A stretch of DNA of 64,000 bases from positions 57,412,001-57,476,000 of the forward strand of contig NC_043005.1 of assembly GCF_006345805.1 (NCBI RefSeq). The letters run 5' to 3'. Positions 50,943-64,000 of the stretch are shown in pieces. A model generated the notes under the pieces. It ran no database searches and was not told where the DNA came from. It was given only the letters and a program-made list of their open reading frames with translations. Both the position numbers and the translations under genes were made by a program. Position 1 is the first letter of the stretch, and the number at the start of each line of letters is the position of its first letter. This stretch comes from Octopus sinensis. Lineage: Eukaryota.

Positions 50943-51262
50943 AGGCATGGCTTTATGGTGAGAAGTTTGCTTCCCAACCGCATGGTTCCGGGTTCAGTCC
51001 CACCGTGTGACACTTTGGATAAGATCTTTTACTATAATCCCGGAATGACCAAAGCCTTGTGAGTGGATTTGGTAAACGAAAGCTGAAAGAAGCCCATGTG
51101 TGTGTGTGTTTGTCTTCCATCAACTTTTGACAACTGGTGTTGGTTTGTTTGCGTTCCCGTGATTTAGGATTTCGGCCAAAAGATAACGATAGAATAAGTT
51201 CTGTTCGGCTAAACTCGCCGAGGCTGTGTCCCAGCATGGTTGCAGTTCACTGACTGATACAA
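50943..51262 (+). mobile_element. SINE family A
   Basis: Head/core/tail recognisable. Confidence 0.8.
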
Positions 51263-51263
51263 T

Positions 51264-51635
51264 TCTGTGGAAGCACTCCGTCGGTTACGACGATGAGGGT
51301 TCCGGTTGATCCGACCAACGGAACAGCCTGCTCGTGAAATTAACGTGTAAGTGGCTGAGCACTCCACAGACACGTGTACCCTTAACGTAGTTCTCGGGGA
51401 TATTCAGCGTGACACAGAGAGTGACAAGGCCGGCCCTTTGAAATACAGGTACAACAGAAACAGGAAGAAAGAGTGAGAGAAAGTTGTGATGAAAGAGTAC
51501 AGCAGGGATCACCACCATCCCCTGCCGGAGCCTCGTGGAGCTTTAGGTGTTTTCGCTCAATAAACACTCACAACGCCCGGTCTGGGAATCGAAACCGCGA
51601 GTCCGCTGCCCTAACCACTGGGCCATTGCGCCTCC
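51264..51635 (-). mobile_element. tRNA-derived SINE family C, apparently complete
   Basis: Minus strand ggaggcgcaatggcccagtggttagggc...ggtttcgattccc...gacggagtgcttcca. Confidence 0.85.
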
Positions 51636-52495
51636 GATACAATTAAAAGATAAGTATATCACTAGCATGCATTCAGATATGCAACTTGACAAGAGCAATG
51701 CTCAATACCGATTCAAATTTATCAAATCAGTGGACCGTAGGAAATCTTTTAACTGAACCAATGAAAAAAAAAAAAAAACTTTTCTATATACTGTAACAAG
51801 TGACCTATTTCCCCTTCATTTTGTCGATACACACCAAAACAAAGAAAAGCATTTTTTTATCATTTAATTTCACGTACGTGTTCATCCAAATGGATTCTAT
51901 TGAAATGAACAATATTGAAAGGTTTTGCAGTGGAACAGTTCAAGCATTGGTCTTCTCAAGCGCTGTATACATTCATTTGTTCAACGAATGTATGTAATTC
52001 TCCATTCCCACTTTAAAGACCTTTACTTAATATGATTGTTGATACACCATGTGGTTGATTTTTCTCCGAGTATTTCTGCAAACAAACTTTGCTAAAACTT
52101 ATTCTTTCCTTTATTGCTATAATGTATATCGACCCTTTTATCCATTTACTTTGGCCTACATTTTGAATCAGTCTGGCCTGCAAAACCAGAACAGAGTGAT
52201 ACCCTTGATTTATAGTATCCCTTGCTAGTACACGTACAATATTCATTTGTGTGTGCAATTATGCCATATTTTTTTCCATCTCGTACATAATATTTGTATG
52301 TGCTAAATAGATAAATGTGTATACAGAAGAGAGCGTATGCATCCACACACACACATGAAGCTCACATTGCGATCACATCGTTTCAGGTTGGGTTCAGTCC
52401 GACTGGGCAAATGTCTCCTAATATAACCCCGGACTGACTAATGTCGTGTGAGTGAATTCAATAGACGGAAACTGTGTGGAAGTTCGTTGTATATA

Positions 52496-53078
52496 CGAAG
52501 CGGGGTGCTGAAAAGTTCTTGGCTTTAAAGGTATCGGGAAAGGCCTGGTTTGAGGCCCACCCTTCCGAGTTCTTTTACAAGGTTTAGAAAAACTGAAGGA
52601 CCGCTGCAAGAAGCGTGTGAATCTGAGAGGGGGATATGTTGAATAAAATCATAATTAACTAATCTTCAAGTATTTTCTTTTACACAAAGCCGGTAACTTT
52701 TCAACATAGGCGTAGGAGTGGCTGTGTGGTAAGTAGCTTGCTTACGAACCACACGGTTCCGGGTTCAGTCCCACTGCATGGCACCTTGGGCAAGTGCCTT
52801 CTACTATAGCCTCGGTCCAACCAAAGCCTTGTGAGTGGATTTGGTAGACGGAAACTGAAAGAAGCCCGTCGTATATATGTATGTGTGTGTATATATCGCT
52901 TGACAACCGATGCTGGTGTACTTATGTCCCTGTAACTTAGCGGTTCGGCAAAAGAGATCGATAGAATAAGTACTAGGCTTACAAAAAATAAGTCCTGTGG
53001 TCGATTGCTCGACTAAAGGCAGTGCTCCAGCATGGCTACAGTCACATGACTGAAACAAGTAAAAGAGTATCCCCCTCG
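52496..53078 (+). mobile_element. Internally deleted mariner element whose right TIR is split by a SINE A (52707-53070)
   Basis: TA-cgaagcggggtgctgaaaagttcttggcttt left TIR; GLEKLKDRCKKRVNLRGGYVE* at 52581-52646; right TIR aaagccggtaacttttcaaca // ccccctcg-TA. Confidence 0.8.
52707..53070 (+). mobile_element. SINE family A, complete
   Basis: taggcgtaggagtggctgtg head to gtaaaagagta tail. Confidence 0.9.
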
Positions 53079-53895
53079 TATGTGTGTATCTTTGTATTTG
53101 TCCTCCACCACCGCTTTACAACTGGTGTTGGTTTGTTTACGTCCCCGTAACATAGCGGTTCGGCAAAACAGACCACCAGTACAATAAGCTGCGGGCTCGA
53201 TTGTTTGACTAACTCCTTCAAGGCAGTGACCCATCGTGGCCATGTTCCAATAAATGATACAAATAAAAGACAAGAGGGAAGATATCTAGATGTAACTCGT
53301 GTATGTCTGTACATGTAAACGAAACACTGCTCGCTCTTCCTCTCGCTTATTGCACTCCCCCTAAGTGACTCATACCTCACACCGCCCTTTTACACCAACC
53401 CGCTCTCTGAAAGACCGAAATAGGAAATGAAGGAGAAAGAAAGAATGAGTGAGAGTGCGATAGTTGTTTTCTGGTGTGCAAAGTGACTTCGAAGTATGTC
53501 GACCGATCTCGGTGTTTACCGAGGTCGTTTCTATATCGTGACTCGATTTGTTGTAAACGATGGCCTGATCTTCCTTAGATTACTCTCTACCTGTAAAGGA
53601 CGTGAATTTTTTTTCCCACGTGAGTTCCGGATCCCAGTTATGAACTCATTTGTATACAGCCAATCAGAGCTCAACTATCGAACTAATTTATGAGTGCATA
53701 ACAAGTGATGGGCGATAAAATAAGATCACTTGGGTAAGGAGTCACCATGCTTCTTTTCTCTTTTAACAATGCATGTTGTTTAGTTTGAGTTAACGAGGGT
53801 AAGTTTCTGTGCATTTACTTGACCTGTTAAAAACTGCAGCCAATTTTCCATAATACCCAACTGACTTAAATTAGGAAAAACATACTATTTGTTTA

Positions 53896-53937
<42 letters not shown>

Positions 53938-54344
53938 ATACAAAACCACCCGGGGGTCGGTGTTTCTTCTACTATTGATATATCTAATGTTTAGTGATAT
54001 ATAAGACGTGATTTGAGGCAGATTTGGCTGCTGCTTTAAGCAAATCGACAAACCACATAGTAGCTCCGTTGCTGGCTCATCCAGTAAAATGTGGGGTTAG
54101 TGTTGAAACCCATAACACAACTTTGCAGGCCGTAGAGCTTCATCTAATACAAAATGGGCTGAGAAAGCCTGGTTAAGCAATCCTCTTTCCCCCTCTATGT
54201 CTCTCGCCCCAAGCTGATAAATGAGCTCCAGCTGTTTAGTTCGAAGCCATTACAGTTGGAACTGATCTATAATCAAAGGCATTCTAGTCGTGACCATCTC
54301 GTCTTTCTTTGAGGACATCTTGGACTGCATTGTCTAATATTTTT

Positions 54345-54730
54345 CATCTTTTACTTGTTTCTGTCATTGAGCTGCGGCTGTCCTGGGGCACCGCCTTGGA
54401 GGATTCTGTCTAGCGAATCGACCCCCAGTACTTACGTTTTAAAGCCTGGTATTTATTTCATCAGTTTCATTTGCCGAACTGCTAAGTTATGGGTACGTAA
54501 ATAAACCAATACCAATTGCCAAGCGGTGGTGGAGGACAGACACGAAGACACTGAAAGACCCTCTTACATATATACGATGGGCTTCTTTCAGTTACCGTTT
54601 ACCAAATCCACCGAGAAGGCTTTGGTCGACCCGGGGATATAGTAGAAGACACTTGACCATGGTAGCGTGAAGTGGGATTGAACCTGGAACCATATGGTTA
54701 GAAGCAAACTTCCTAACACACAACCACATC
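54345..54730 (-). mobile_element. SINE family A
   Basis: Reverse complement head/core/tail. Confidence 0.8.
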
Positions 54731-54798
54731 TTTGAACGTGAGAGTATGATTTGAAGATCCTGTGGCTGCTACATCTAGCAACTGGTGCAACCATGTAG

Positions 54799-54861
<63 letters not shown>

Positions 54862-55183
54862 CACGATGGAGTTGAAGTGAGTACTTCATGCTATCAAAAC
54901 CTATTTGTTAATTATATACAAAGCTGCGAATCCACGAACTTGTATTCACTGCCAACTACTAATAAAGCATTCGACATTTTGCTTTCTGGCCAGGACCATT
55001 AAAAGTTAAATTGTCTTTACCCCGGACAAAAACGGGGGCAAGAATAAATAAAAAAAAAGCAAAAAATTGGTATAATGATAACAATAATAAATATCGATAT
55101 ATCATCTGGTTGACTGGTACATTATTGATCTGGCTCGGTGAAGTAAGGTTTCTGGCTCTGTGTGTGTGTGTGTGTGTCTCTCT

Positions 55184-55221
<38 letters not shown>

Positions 55222-55702
55222 AAAGGACAAAAGCAGCAAACGAAATAACCTTGATTACTAAATCATCTTTTAACTAACTATCGAAAATACTTGGCTCATC
55301 ACCAAGGTTTTGTTTTTGTAAATTCATTTTCTTTTCCTTTTTTTTTGTGTCTATCACTCTTTGGTGAAAATAACAAAGTTCATTCGTTTTGACCAAGTTA
55401 TCTTTACTGAACTTCTGAAATATCACTTATTTAATCACTTGAGCGATAACAGCATCATCAGTACCCTGTTTTTAGCGGATTAATCATGTTGGCGCGAGTG
55501 ACAAAGGGATTATTTATGTAATACAATAGATGGTATAAATAGCACAAGGGATTTCGTTACATATATAAACGTGTGTGTGTGTGTGTGTCACTGCACCGAG
55601 GAAAACTATGGGATGTTGCACACTTTTGGTCACGAGTTTCCTCGCATTGTTTTAGCTTTTGAATGATGTCACACTGCTGGTTAAGCAGGAAGTAGCAAAA
55701 AG

Positions 55703-55734
55703 TACAACGTTTCGGACATATTCTTCGTCAGATA
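55703..55734 (-). ncRNA. Degenerate minimal hammerhead motif
   Basis: UAU-CUGACGA-A-GAAUAUGUCC-GAAA-C-GUU-GUA; helix II has a mismatch. Confidence 0.45.
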
Positions 55735-55999
55735 TTAGAGGAACCACTGGGAGAAACGGTAAAGAGAAGAGGGAGAGGAAATAAAATAAAAAAAAAAAGA
55801 GGGCTAAGTAAAAAATGCACGTTGGTTAGGTTCACATGTTGGAAGCCATTGTCTTTACTAGTAATTTATTTCTGTGAAAGCCGTACTTTGCAATAAAGTT
55901 TGTCTATTCTAGATAACTTTAAATGATGGTCTGCTGACAGCAAGTGGTACATTGTGGCTCAGTGTCAGGTTACTTTTACATGTTTGCACACTAATAACA

Positions 56000-56295
56000 A
56001 TTCCTTACTGGTACTATTTTATTGACTCCGAACCGCTAAGTTATGGGAACATGAACACACCTGCACCGCTTGTCAAGTGATGGTGGTGGTGGACAAACAT
56101 GGAGACAAAGATACACAAAGACACACACACACACACACAACGGGCTTCTTGCATTTTCAGTCTACCAAATCCACTCACAAGGCTTTGGTCTGCCCGAGAC
56201 TATAGTACAAGACACTTGCCCATGATGCCACACATTGGGACTGAATTTGGAACCATGTGGTTGGGAAGCAAGCTTCTTACCACACAGCCACACCT
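56000..56295 (-). mobile_element. SINE family A, tail-truncated
   Basis: Reverse complement head and core. Confidence 0.8.
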
Positions 56296-58329
56296 GGACC
56301 TATAAGACAAACAAGATAAAAAAAAAATACTGACAAGATAAAAACAAAAAGAAAAAAGATCACTCCCTACGGCCTTGAACAAGGAAGAAATGTGATGGCC
56401 ATTGCCAGAATGCCTTTGATTATTGGTCTGTTCGATGAGAGTTAACCTGAGGTGAAACAACAGAAAGAAGAATTGTTGTGGATTTTCTTATCTTGTCACT
56501 TCACCATTTAATCTTGAAATTGCTGTTTTTCCAAGCTGAAATAGAACTTTGTTGACAGAAACATGACCATCATAATAGTATTAGGGCGTCCCCCACCGTT
56601 TAAATCAACGAATTGATGGGACTCTATTTACACAAAAACAATATACACAGATTAGCACTAAACCCACTAGGCTCATCGGTTCCCTGTCCATGCCTTACGA
56701 CGGCTCTGGTCGAAAATATTTCTTGTAATTAGTAATCTTATTTTTTTTTATATTAAGTGACAAGGCACCAAGATTTGCATTAATAGTTGTAGAATATTTC
56801 CAGGAAATCGGAACACGAATTCTATCACACTAGACACTTACGATAATCCACAGCATTTCGATGTACATCATTTAGTCACTTCATTAGACGAGGCAGGAAA
56901 TATTTGGGCTCGCACCTAATCATTCGTTCAACTATCAATGAGCTAGCTATGGATCTGTTTGATCGAGGGTGACCATGGGCTATAACGAGACAACAATTTA
57001 TATTGTATGTGTTCGCTCAACTTACTCGAATTATATTCTACAGCCTTTAAACAAAGAACACATTAAGTATTGTAGTCCGAGTTAATCTCTTTGAATAAAA
57101 GACAGAACGGTCGCGACTGGAATGTCTTTCCCCATAGGTTTCCTCGACCAGAGATGACCTGTGGGCATATAGCATCTAAAACAATATGTAATTAGAAGGT
57201 AGAATACAGCACCAACTTTCCAGACACTGATGGTTCGGAACTTTTTATAATCCGGACTAACTTACGAGTAGGAACTTCAAATTGCCACAGCCGCTAGACT
57301 ACTTTATTGGTACCTTGTACAGTACTGTACTAATAAAGTTGTATCATTTATACTAATGTACCTGGATTCCATTTAAAGTTTTTAAGCCAATTCAATATTA
57401 GTTTAATTAAGTGAGTTGAGTAAGGGGACAAACTCTGGTTCGGAAAAATCAGTAATCGAGAAAGGCTTTGGAACCGAGGGTTCCGGAATTTCGATATTAT
57501 TCTTATACGGAATTTCGATATTATTCTTATACAAAAAGTACGAAAAAACATTCAGCTTTTCGTTTGCAAGTGTCATTTCGACCGCTTGTAACTGCTGAAC
57601 AATGATGGTGCACTTGTCGACCATTTGCTACGTTACGCTTTGGGCAAGTGTTCTTTACAATGTCTTCCAGTTGCCCAATACCTTGAGAATAGAATTTGGT
57701 AGACACGGAAAATCTACGACATAACACACCGTCCAGTTCGAATATCAATGGATTTAATCCAAAGCCTTTACGATAAAGACCTATGGTACTGATAAAAATC
57801 TCAAAGACTTTTTCTTCGTGATGAGCCTGATTCAGGTTATTTGAACTTGAGGCCGGAATATAGATGAGTCCACAAATAATGTATTCGCCAGAAGAAACAT
57901 GAGTTTGTATATCATTTCTGAATACGATGAATCAATTTACTGATTGACTTTGAACGAAAACTAGCTTTTGTAACTTTGCAGATACCAGATAGAATAGAAT
58001 AAATAACCAGAGAAACAAATGATTAACGTTCGATATCTGTTTTGTAGTTGATTGTAGTACCAGGGGATTAATTTCATTAGATAGTAGTGTGAACAAGAAT
58101 CGTTCACTGGAAAAATACTTGTAAAAAAAACAAAAAACAGACAAGACTGGTTAGAGTCAGATCACCCCTGAGGAAAAGACAAAAAAAAATCATTTTATAC
58201 CTTACGTCATTAAGTCCCCAGACTGACAACTAATTCACATGAATTAGTTCAATCGCGTTAAAGAGTGACTTGTTTGTATGAAAGAATATGGAGTTAATAC
58301 CAAGGTGAATAAACACTCACGCACACATG

Positions 58330-58660
<331 letters not shown>

Positions 58661-58691
58661 GAAACGGAACATGGGGTTTACAAGAATGTTT

Positions 58692-58798
58692 AACACAACG
58701 ATCGTTTCGACTCATCCTGCATCTGTCCCTTGCAGGTAGAATACTGTACAGCTGGTTGTGTTGCATCAACCAGTGCAGAATGCATCTCATCGAGTGTC
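58692..58798 (-). ncRNA. Degenerate hammerhead-like motif with long branched helix II
   Basis: GACAC-UCGAUGA-GAUGCAUUCUGCA...UGCAGGAUGAGUC-GAAA-CGAUCGU-U-GUGUU. Confidence 0.4.
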
Positions 58799-58928
58799 TG
58801 AGGTAGATCCAGTAACACTTATAGCGAAACTGTGGATGACATCAGGTAGCCTGAACGCTGAAAGTGCTTTAATTGGCATACTACTAACCATAAAACCAAG
58901 GCTCAAATAATTAGTCATACACACACAC

Positions 58929-59345
58929 GCACATATATATATATATATACTCTTTTACTAGTTTCAGTCATTTGACTGCGGCCATGCTGGAGCACCGCCT
59001 TTAATCGAGCAACTCGACCCCGGGACTTATTCTTTGTGTAAGCCCAGTACTTATTATCTATCGGTCTTTCGCCGAACCGCTAAGTAACGGGGACATAAAC
59101 ACACCAGCATCGGTTGTCAAGCAATGCTAGGGGGACAAACACAGACACACAACACCACACGCGTATATATATATATACATATATACGACGGCTTCTTTCA
59201 GTTTCCGTCTACGAAATCCACTCACAAGGCTTTGGTCGGCCCGAGGCTATAGTAGAAGACACCTGCCCAAGGTGCCACGCAGTGGGACTGAACCCGGAAC
59301 CATGTGTTTGGGTAAACAAGCTACTTACCACACAGCCACTCCTAT
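58929..59345 (-). mobile_element. SINE family A, young CpG-rich copy
   Basis: Complete reverse-complement element. Confidence 0.92.
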
Positions 59346-59622
59346 ATTATATTCACACACACACACACATATATATATATATCTATATAATATATATATA
59401 TATATAATATATATATATAGATATATAGATATATATATATATATCTATATATATATATAATATAATATATGCGTGTGTGTGTGTATAATAAAATAATAAC
59501 AAGGATATCCAGAGGTAATGCAGCATTATCACCCCAATTTGAATTATATGGATAATACCATACCAAATTCTGGTGCCTTTAACTTAAGTACCATATCCAA
59601 CCGAATCTAAATTTTTACTGAA

Positions 59623-59681
<59 letters not shown>

Positions 59682-59766
59682 GATATATATATATATATAT
59701 ATATATATTTGGACTACTGTACTCAGCAAGTTTTTTCGTTCTCTCGCTATTTATTTCCTTTCATTC

Positions 59767-59802
59767 CTTTCTGTTGAAGAGCGTAGGCTCGAAACGTAAA
59801 AG
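59767..59802 (+). ncRNA. Minimal type I hammerhead-like motif, core variant CUGUUGA
   Basis: CUUU-CUGUUGA-A-GAGC(GUAG)GCUC-GAAA-C-GUA-AAAG; same family as 6819-6854. Confidence 0.6.
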
Positions 59803-60060
59803 ACTTTTCCATTTCCCCCGAACGTGAAACTAATGCATTTACTTGTTGATCCTACAACTGTCTTCGTCTTTGTTTCTCTATAAGTTTGAACTACACACAC
59901 ACAACACACACACACACACACACACACACACGCGCACACGCACACACACACACACACACACACCACACCACACACACACACACACACACGCGCCCCCACA
60001 CACAACACACACACACACAACACACACATCTGTATCTTTATCTGTCTGTCTGTTTATCTA

Positions 60061-60108
<48 letters not shown>

Positions 60109-60335
60109 AATTTATAATTTTCGTTTTATTTCCCTTCATTCCTGCCATTTGTTATAAATTAACCCCTCTAAATATTGTGCTTCAGGACCGGATGAGCCAT
60201 AGGCGAAACAAAATGTTTTGTCGAACTAACACTTATGAAATATATACATGTATATGTGTGTGTATACATGTATGATATTCATACATGTATATATATGTGT
60301 GCGTGTATATCTAATATATGTGTGTATATATATAT

Positions 60336-60377
<42 letters not shown>

Positions 60378-60539
60378 AATAAAATTGTATATGTGTGTGT
60401 GGTGAAACCCAGAAGTCGGTGTGGGGACTTCTGTCGTGAGACATACAAACTTCACTCTTGTCTAACTCGATAAATATCCTGAGGCCAAAACGTCAGACAG
60501 TTTCCTTATCATAACGGTATTTAAAAATGGCGGTGCTGG

Positions 60540-60701
60540 TTTGTGTGATGTGTGAATGATGGTGGTAGTGGTGCTTGTGTTGTCGTTGTCGGTGGTGGTA
60601 GTGGTGTTAATAATATGATTGTTTGCTGGTGTTGATGATAGTGTTGTTGGTATAGATATCGCTTTGGTTTAGTTTTAGCCTCCTGTTGCAATTGGTGGCG
60701 G

Positions 60702-60747
<46 letters not shown>

Positions 60748-61115
60748 GTTATTATTATTATTATTATTACCATTATTATTATCATTATTATTGTTGTTGT
60801 TGTTGTTGTTGTTATTATTATTATATTAGTAGTAGTAGTAATGATCGTAGTAGTAGTGGTAGTAGTGGTAGTAATTGCAGTAATGGCTATGAATTGTTGG
60901 TAACAATAGAGGTAAGGGTGATGGTGGAAGTGGTGGTATTATTGTGGTGGAGGCGGTAGTGATGGTATGTGGGGAGAAAAGGTTGCGGTAGTAGTAGTAG
61001 TAGAGTAGTAGTAGTAGTAGTAGTAGTAGTTGTAAAGGCAGTAGCAATAGTAGTGGTGCTAGGTAGTGGCGGTGTTAGTAGTGGTCATACAACTGAATTA
61101 TAAATGACCTAATAT

Positions 61116-61150
<35 letters not shown>

Positions 61151-61297
61151 ATGTATAAATATGTATATAATGCATATATATGTGCATTGTTATGCAAATG
61201 TGCGTGAGCGCGCCTGTGTGTGAAACTGTTTTACTCGCTTCTCTATCGTCTCAATTTTCCATTGCTTGATCTTTTGATATTGACTGGCACACACACA

Positions 61298-61328
<31 letters not shown>

Positions 61329-62189
61329 TTCTCCCATAGAATCATATACACTCAAGTATGAATGCATGTATGTATATTTGAGTATGTGGTGTGCGCGTAT
61401 GTGGCCATGCTTGTGTGTGGTGTGTGTTACGCGCGTGTGTGTATGCTTCCGTGTTTGCGTGTATATATATTGTATAGTTGTGTGCGTGTATGTATGTATG
61501 TATGTATGTATGTATGTATGTATGTATGTATGTATGTATGCGTGCATGTGTTGGCGTGTGTGTGTGTGTGTGTGTGTGTATGTTTGTGAGTGCAAATATG
61601 AAATAGCGTCAGATAAGAGCGATCGATATATCCATTGATGCATGCATGTTAGAATGGACTAATGAAATGTTCCCCACGGCTAGTGAGAGAACGATTGGGA
61701 AGTGAGGGAGTGGGAGGAGACAGGGAGACGGAGTGGGAGAGGAGAGACGGAGTAGGAGGCAGGGAGGGAGTGGAAGGGGGTGAAAGAGAGAGAGAGAGAG
61801 AGAGAGAAGAGAAAGAGAGAGATATATATACATACCTGCGTTATATGAAACCAGATGTTAATATTTATAACCGAAACAAGAGACAGTACTCAATATACAA
61901 GCTTAGAATCACATACATACATACATACATACATACATACATACATACATCATACATACATACATACATACATAATGCATGCATACATGACTACATGCAT
62001 GCATACATACATCATACATCCATACATACATACATCAAACATACAGACATACACATACATACATACATCCATACATGCATACATACATACATACATACAT
62101 ACATACTGCATACATGCCAACATACATACATACTACATACAGACAGACCAGACAACCCAGACAGACAGACAGATAGATAGATAGAAGAT

Positions 62190-62249
<60 letters not shown>

Positions 62250-62480
62250 TAGATAGATGTGCATATGTGTACGTATGTATATATGTATCAATACATATAT
62301 AAAATGCATATACTATATATATACATATACATATACATACACACCACACACACACACCACACATATATATATATAGGGAGAGTTTATGAAAAAAAAACAA
62401 ATATATACATATATAGATATATATGTACACATACATATACATACATGCATCCAGACATAGATACATACATACATACATGC

Positions 62481-62513
<33 letters not shown>

Positions 62514-62690
62514 TGCATGTCTGTCTGTCGGTCTGTCTGTCTGTATGTATGTATGTATGCATGTATGTATGTATGTATGTATGTATGTATGTATGTATGT
62601 ATGTATGTATGTATGTATACACACACACACACACACACAAACAAACAGAAAGACAGGTAGACAGACAGCCAGACAAGTAAGTAGACTGAC
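60540..62690. repeat. Mixed microsatellites (GGT, ATT, AGT, CA, TATG, CATA, AGAT)
   Basis: Direct reading. Confidence 0.93.
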
Positions 62691-63060
62691 AGTCGATTGA
62701 AGCTTTGTTGGAATTAACATTGTGGATGTCACCCGCATCATAAAGTAGCCGTCCGAAAATGTCATCAGTGTATGACCTATCTAAGAGTCACAATGTCGTG
62801 GCTAGAAGATTACATAGAGAAATTTGAAACGCGGAGGTATAAAGTAAGAAGCCATAGTGACGTGGAGCGTATAAACCACGCGTAATATTAAAGAATACTG
62901 ATAGAATATTCCTGTCAAAACTTCAATGAAATGTATGCAGTAACAGATCAGAAACAATGATCAGTTACCCAGTAGCGGATGCCAACATAATATTGATTTC
63001 AAGTTTTGGCACAAGACCAGCAATTCTAGTGGTGAGGATAAGTCGATTACATCGACTCCA

Positions 63061-63390
63061 GGGATCTTTTCGGTTTGAACGGCAGTTTTTAACATAATTT
63101 CGAGGTAACTAAAAAATTTTAAACTTCGTATACTGGTAGAATGTGTTTATAAGACATCTTTTTCTCTTGGCTTTATTGAGAAAATTCTATAGTTTGTAAG
63201 ATATTTGGTCTTTAATTTCTTGCATTTCGGCAATTTCAACCAATCAATGACCGTCTATTGAGGTGAAAACGTTCTGTGCCGTATGAATAAGTCCCTCGTT
63301 TAAGAAACAGATTGGGTTTATTTACATTTGCGAAGAAAAAATGCCCCCCACCCCTAACCCTAACCCTAACCCTAAAACAGATTGAAATGC
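63061..63390. mobile_element. MITE-like repeat arm containing (CCCTAA)n
   Basis: gggatcttttcggtttgaacggcag terminus; ccctaaccctaaccctaaccctaa near 63352-63374; cut by an adjacent SINE A. Confidence 0.4.
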
Positions 63391-63501
63391 CCTTTGCCGA
63401 ACCGCTAAGTTACGGCGACGTAAACACGCCACCATCTGTTGTCAAGCGATGGTGGAGGACAAACACAGACACACAAACACACACACATACGTACATATAT
63501 T

Positions 63502-63539
<38 letters not shown>

Positions 63540-63662
63540 ATAAAAATGGACAAGAACGCAAAAATCGAGATAGACAATACAAAAAGCATGGACGGGTCAT
63601 TTGAAGCCTTTAATCTTCAGTCAAGAACCGGATCATCCTCTCAACATATATATATATAGATA

Positions 63663-63725
<63 letters not shown>

Positions 63726-63888
63726 GACGGGCTTCTTTCAGTTTCCGTCTACCAAATCTACCCACAAGGCCTTGGTCGGCCCGAGGCTATAGTAGAAGAC
63801 ACTTGCCCAAGGTACCACGTAGTGGGACTGAACCCGGAACCGTGTGATTGGTAAGCAAGCTACTTACCACACAGCCACTCCTGTGCCT
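63390..63888 (-). mobile_element. SINE family A with a ~105-bp insertion in its internal TA tract
   Basis: Two SINE halves flank taaaaatggacaagaacgc...ggatcatcctctcaac (63541-63645). Confidence 0.82.
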
Positions 63889-64000
63889 ATTCATCAGTTT
63901 TTTTCAATGGCCGTTTCTTTGCGGTCGGCTTTTGGTGGATGAGGTAGAGTATTACCCCCGTTTGAGTTTCTTGCCATGATGTAGGCTCATCTGGGTTCTT

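Noticed and set aside
55435-55560. GGATTA sites and TATAAATA as a developmental enhancer/promoter
   Set aside because: Short motifs expected by chance in AT-rich DNA; no conservation data
60457-60499. Possible hammerhead remnant (tgtct...aaaacgtcagaca)
   Set aside because: No CUGANGA core and GAAA is altered; too degenerate
63352-63374. (CCCTAA)n as a telomere or fusion scar
   Set aside because: Only about four units, internal to a MITE-like repeat
63595-63625. ctgaaga on the minus strand as a hammerhead core
   Set aside because: No convincing helix II/GAAA/helix I arrangement

Overview
AT-rich, microsatellite-dense eukaryotic DNA whose repeat content points to an octopus/cephalopod (inferred from repeat families, not database-checked). 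One convincing host coding exon: a ~353-359 aa type II membrane GT-B fucosyltransferase-like protein (34788-35864, +). The rest is mobile DNA: an RTE LINE with an uninterrupted APE-RT ORF that carries a PHD finger inside the RT (6887-10284), truncated RTE copies, a frameshifted CR1-clade LINE (17105-19822, -) whose 3' stem-loop is shared with the commonest SINE, four tRNA-derived SINE families, mariner/piggyBac/hAT-type MITEs, tandem duplications and very long microsatellites. The most notable signal is at least seven short motifs that fold as minimal type I hammerhead ribozymes with palindromic helix III (6.8, 10.9, 11.5, 46.0, 48.2, 55.7, 59.8 kb; a degenerate eighth at 58.7 kb). They lie in small non-coding repeats with Penelope-like architecture, one of them behind a tRNA-like head. 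CpG density rises several-fold right of ~47-48 kb. Repeat boundaries were read by eye and are approximate (about +/-10-20 bp).
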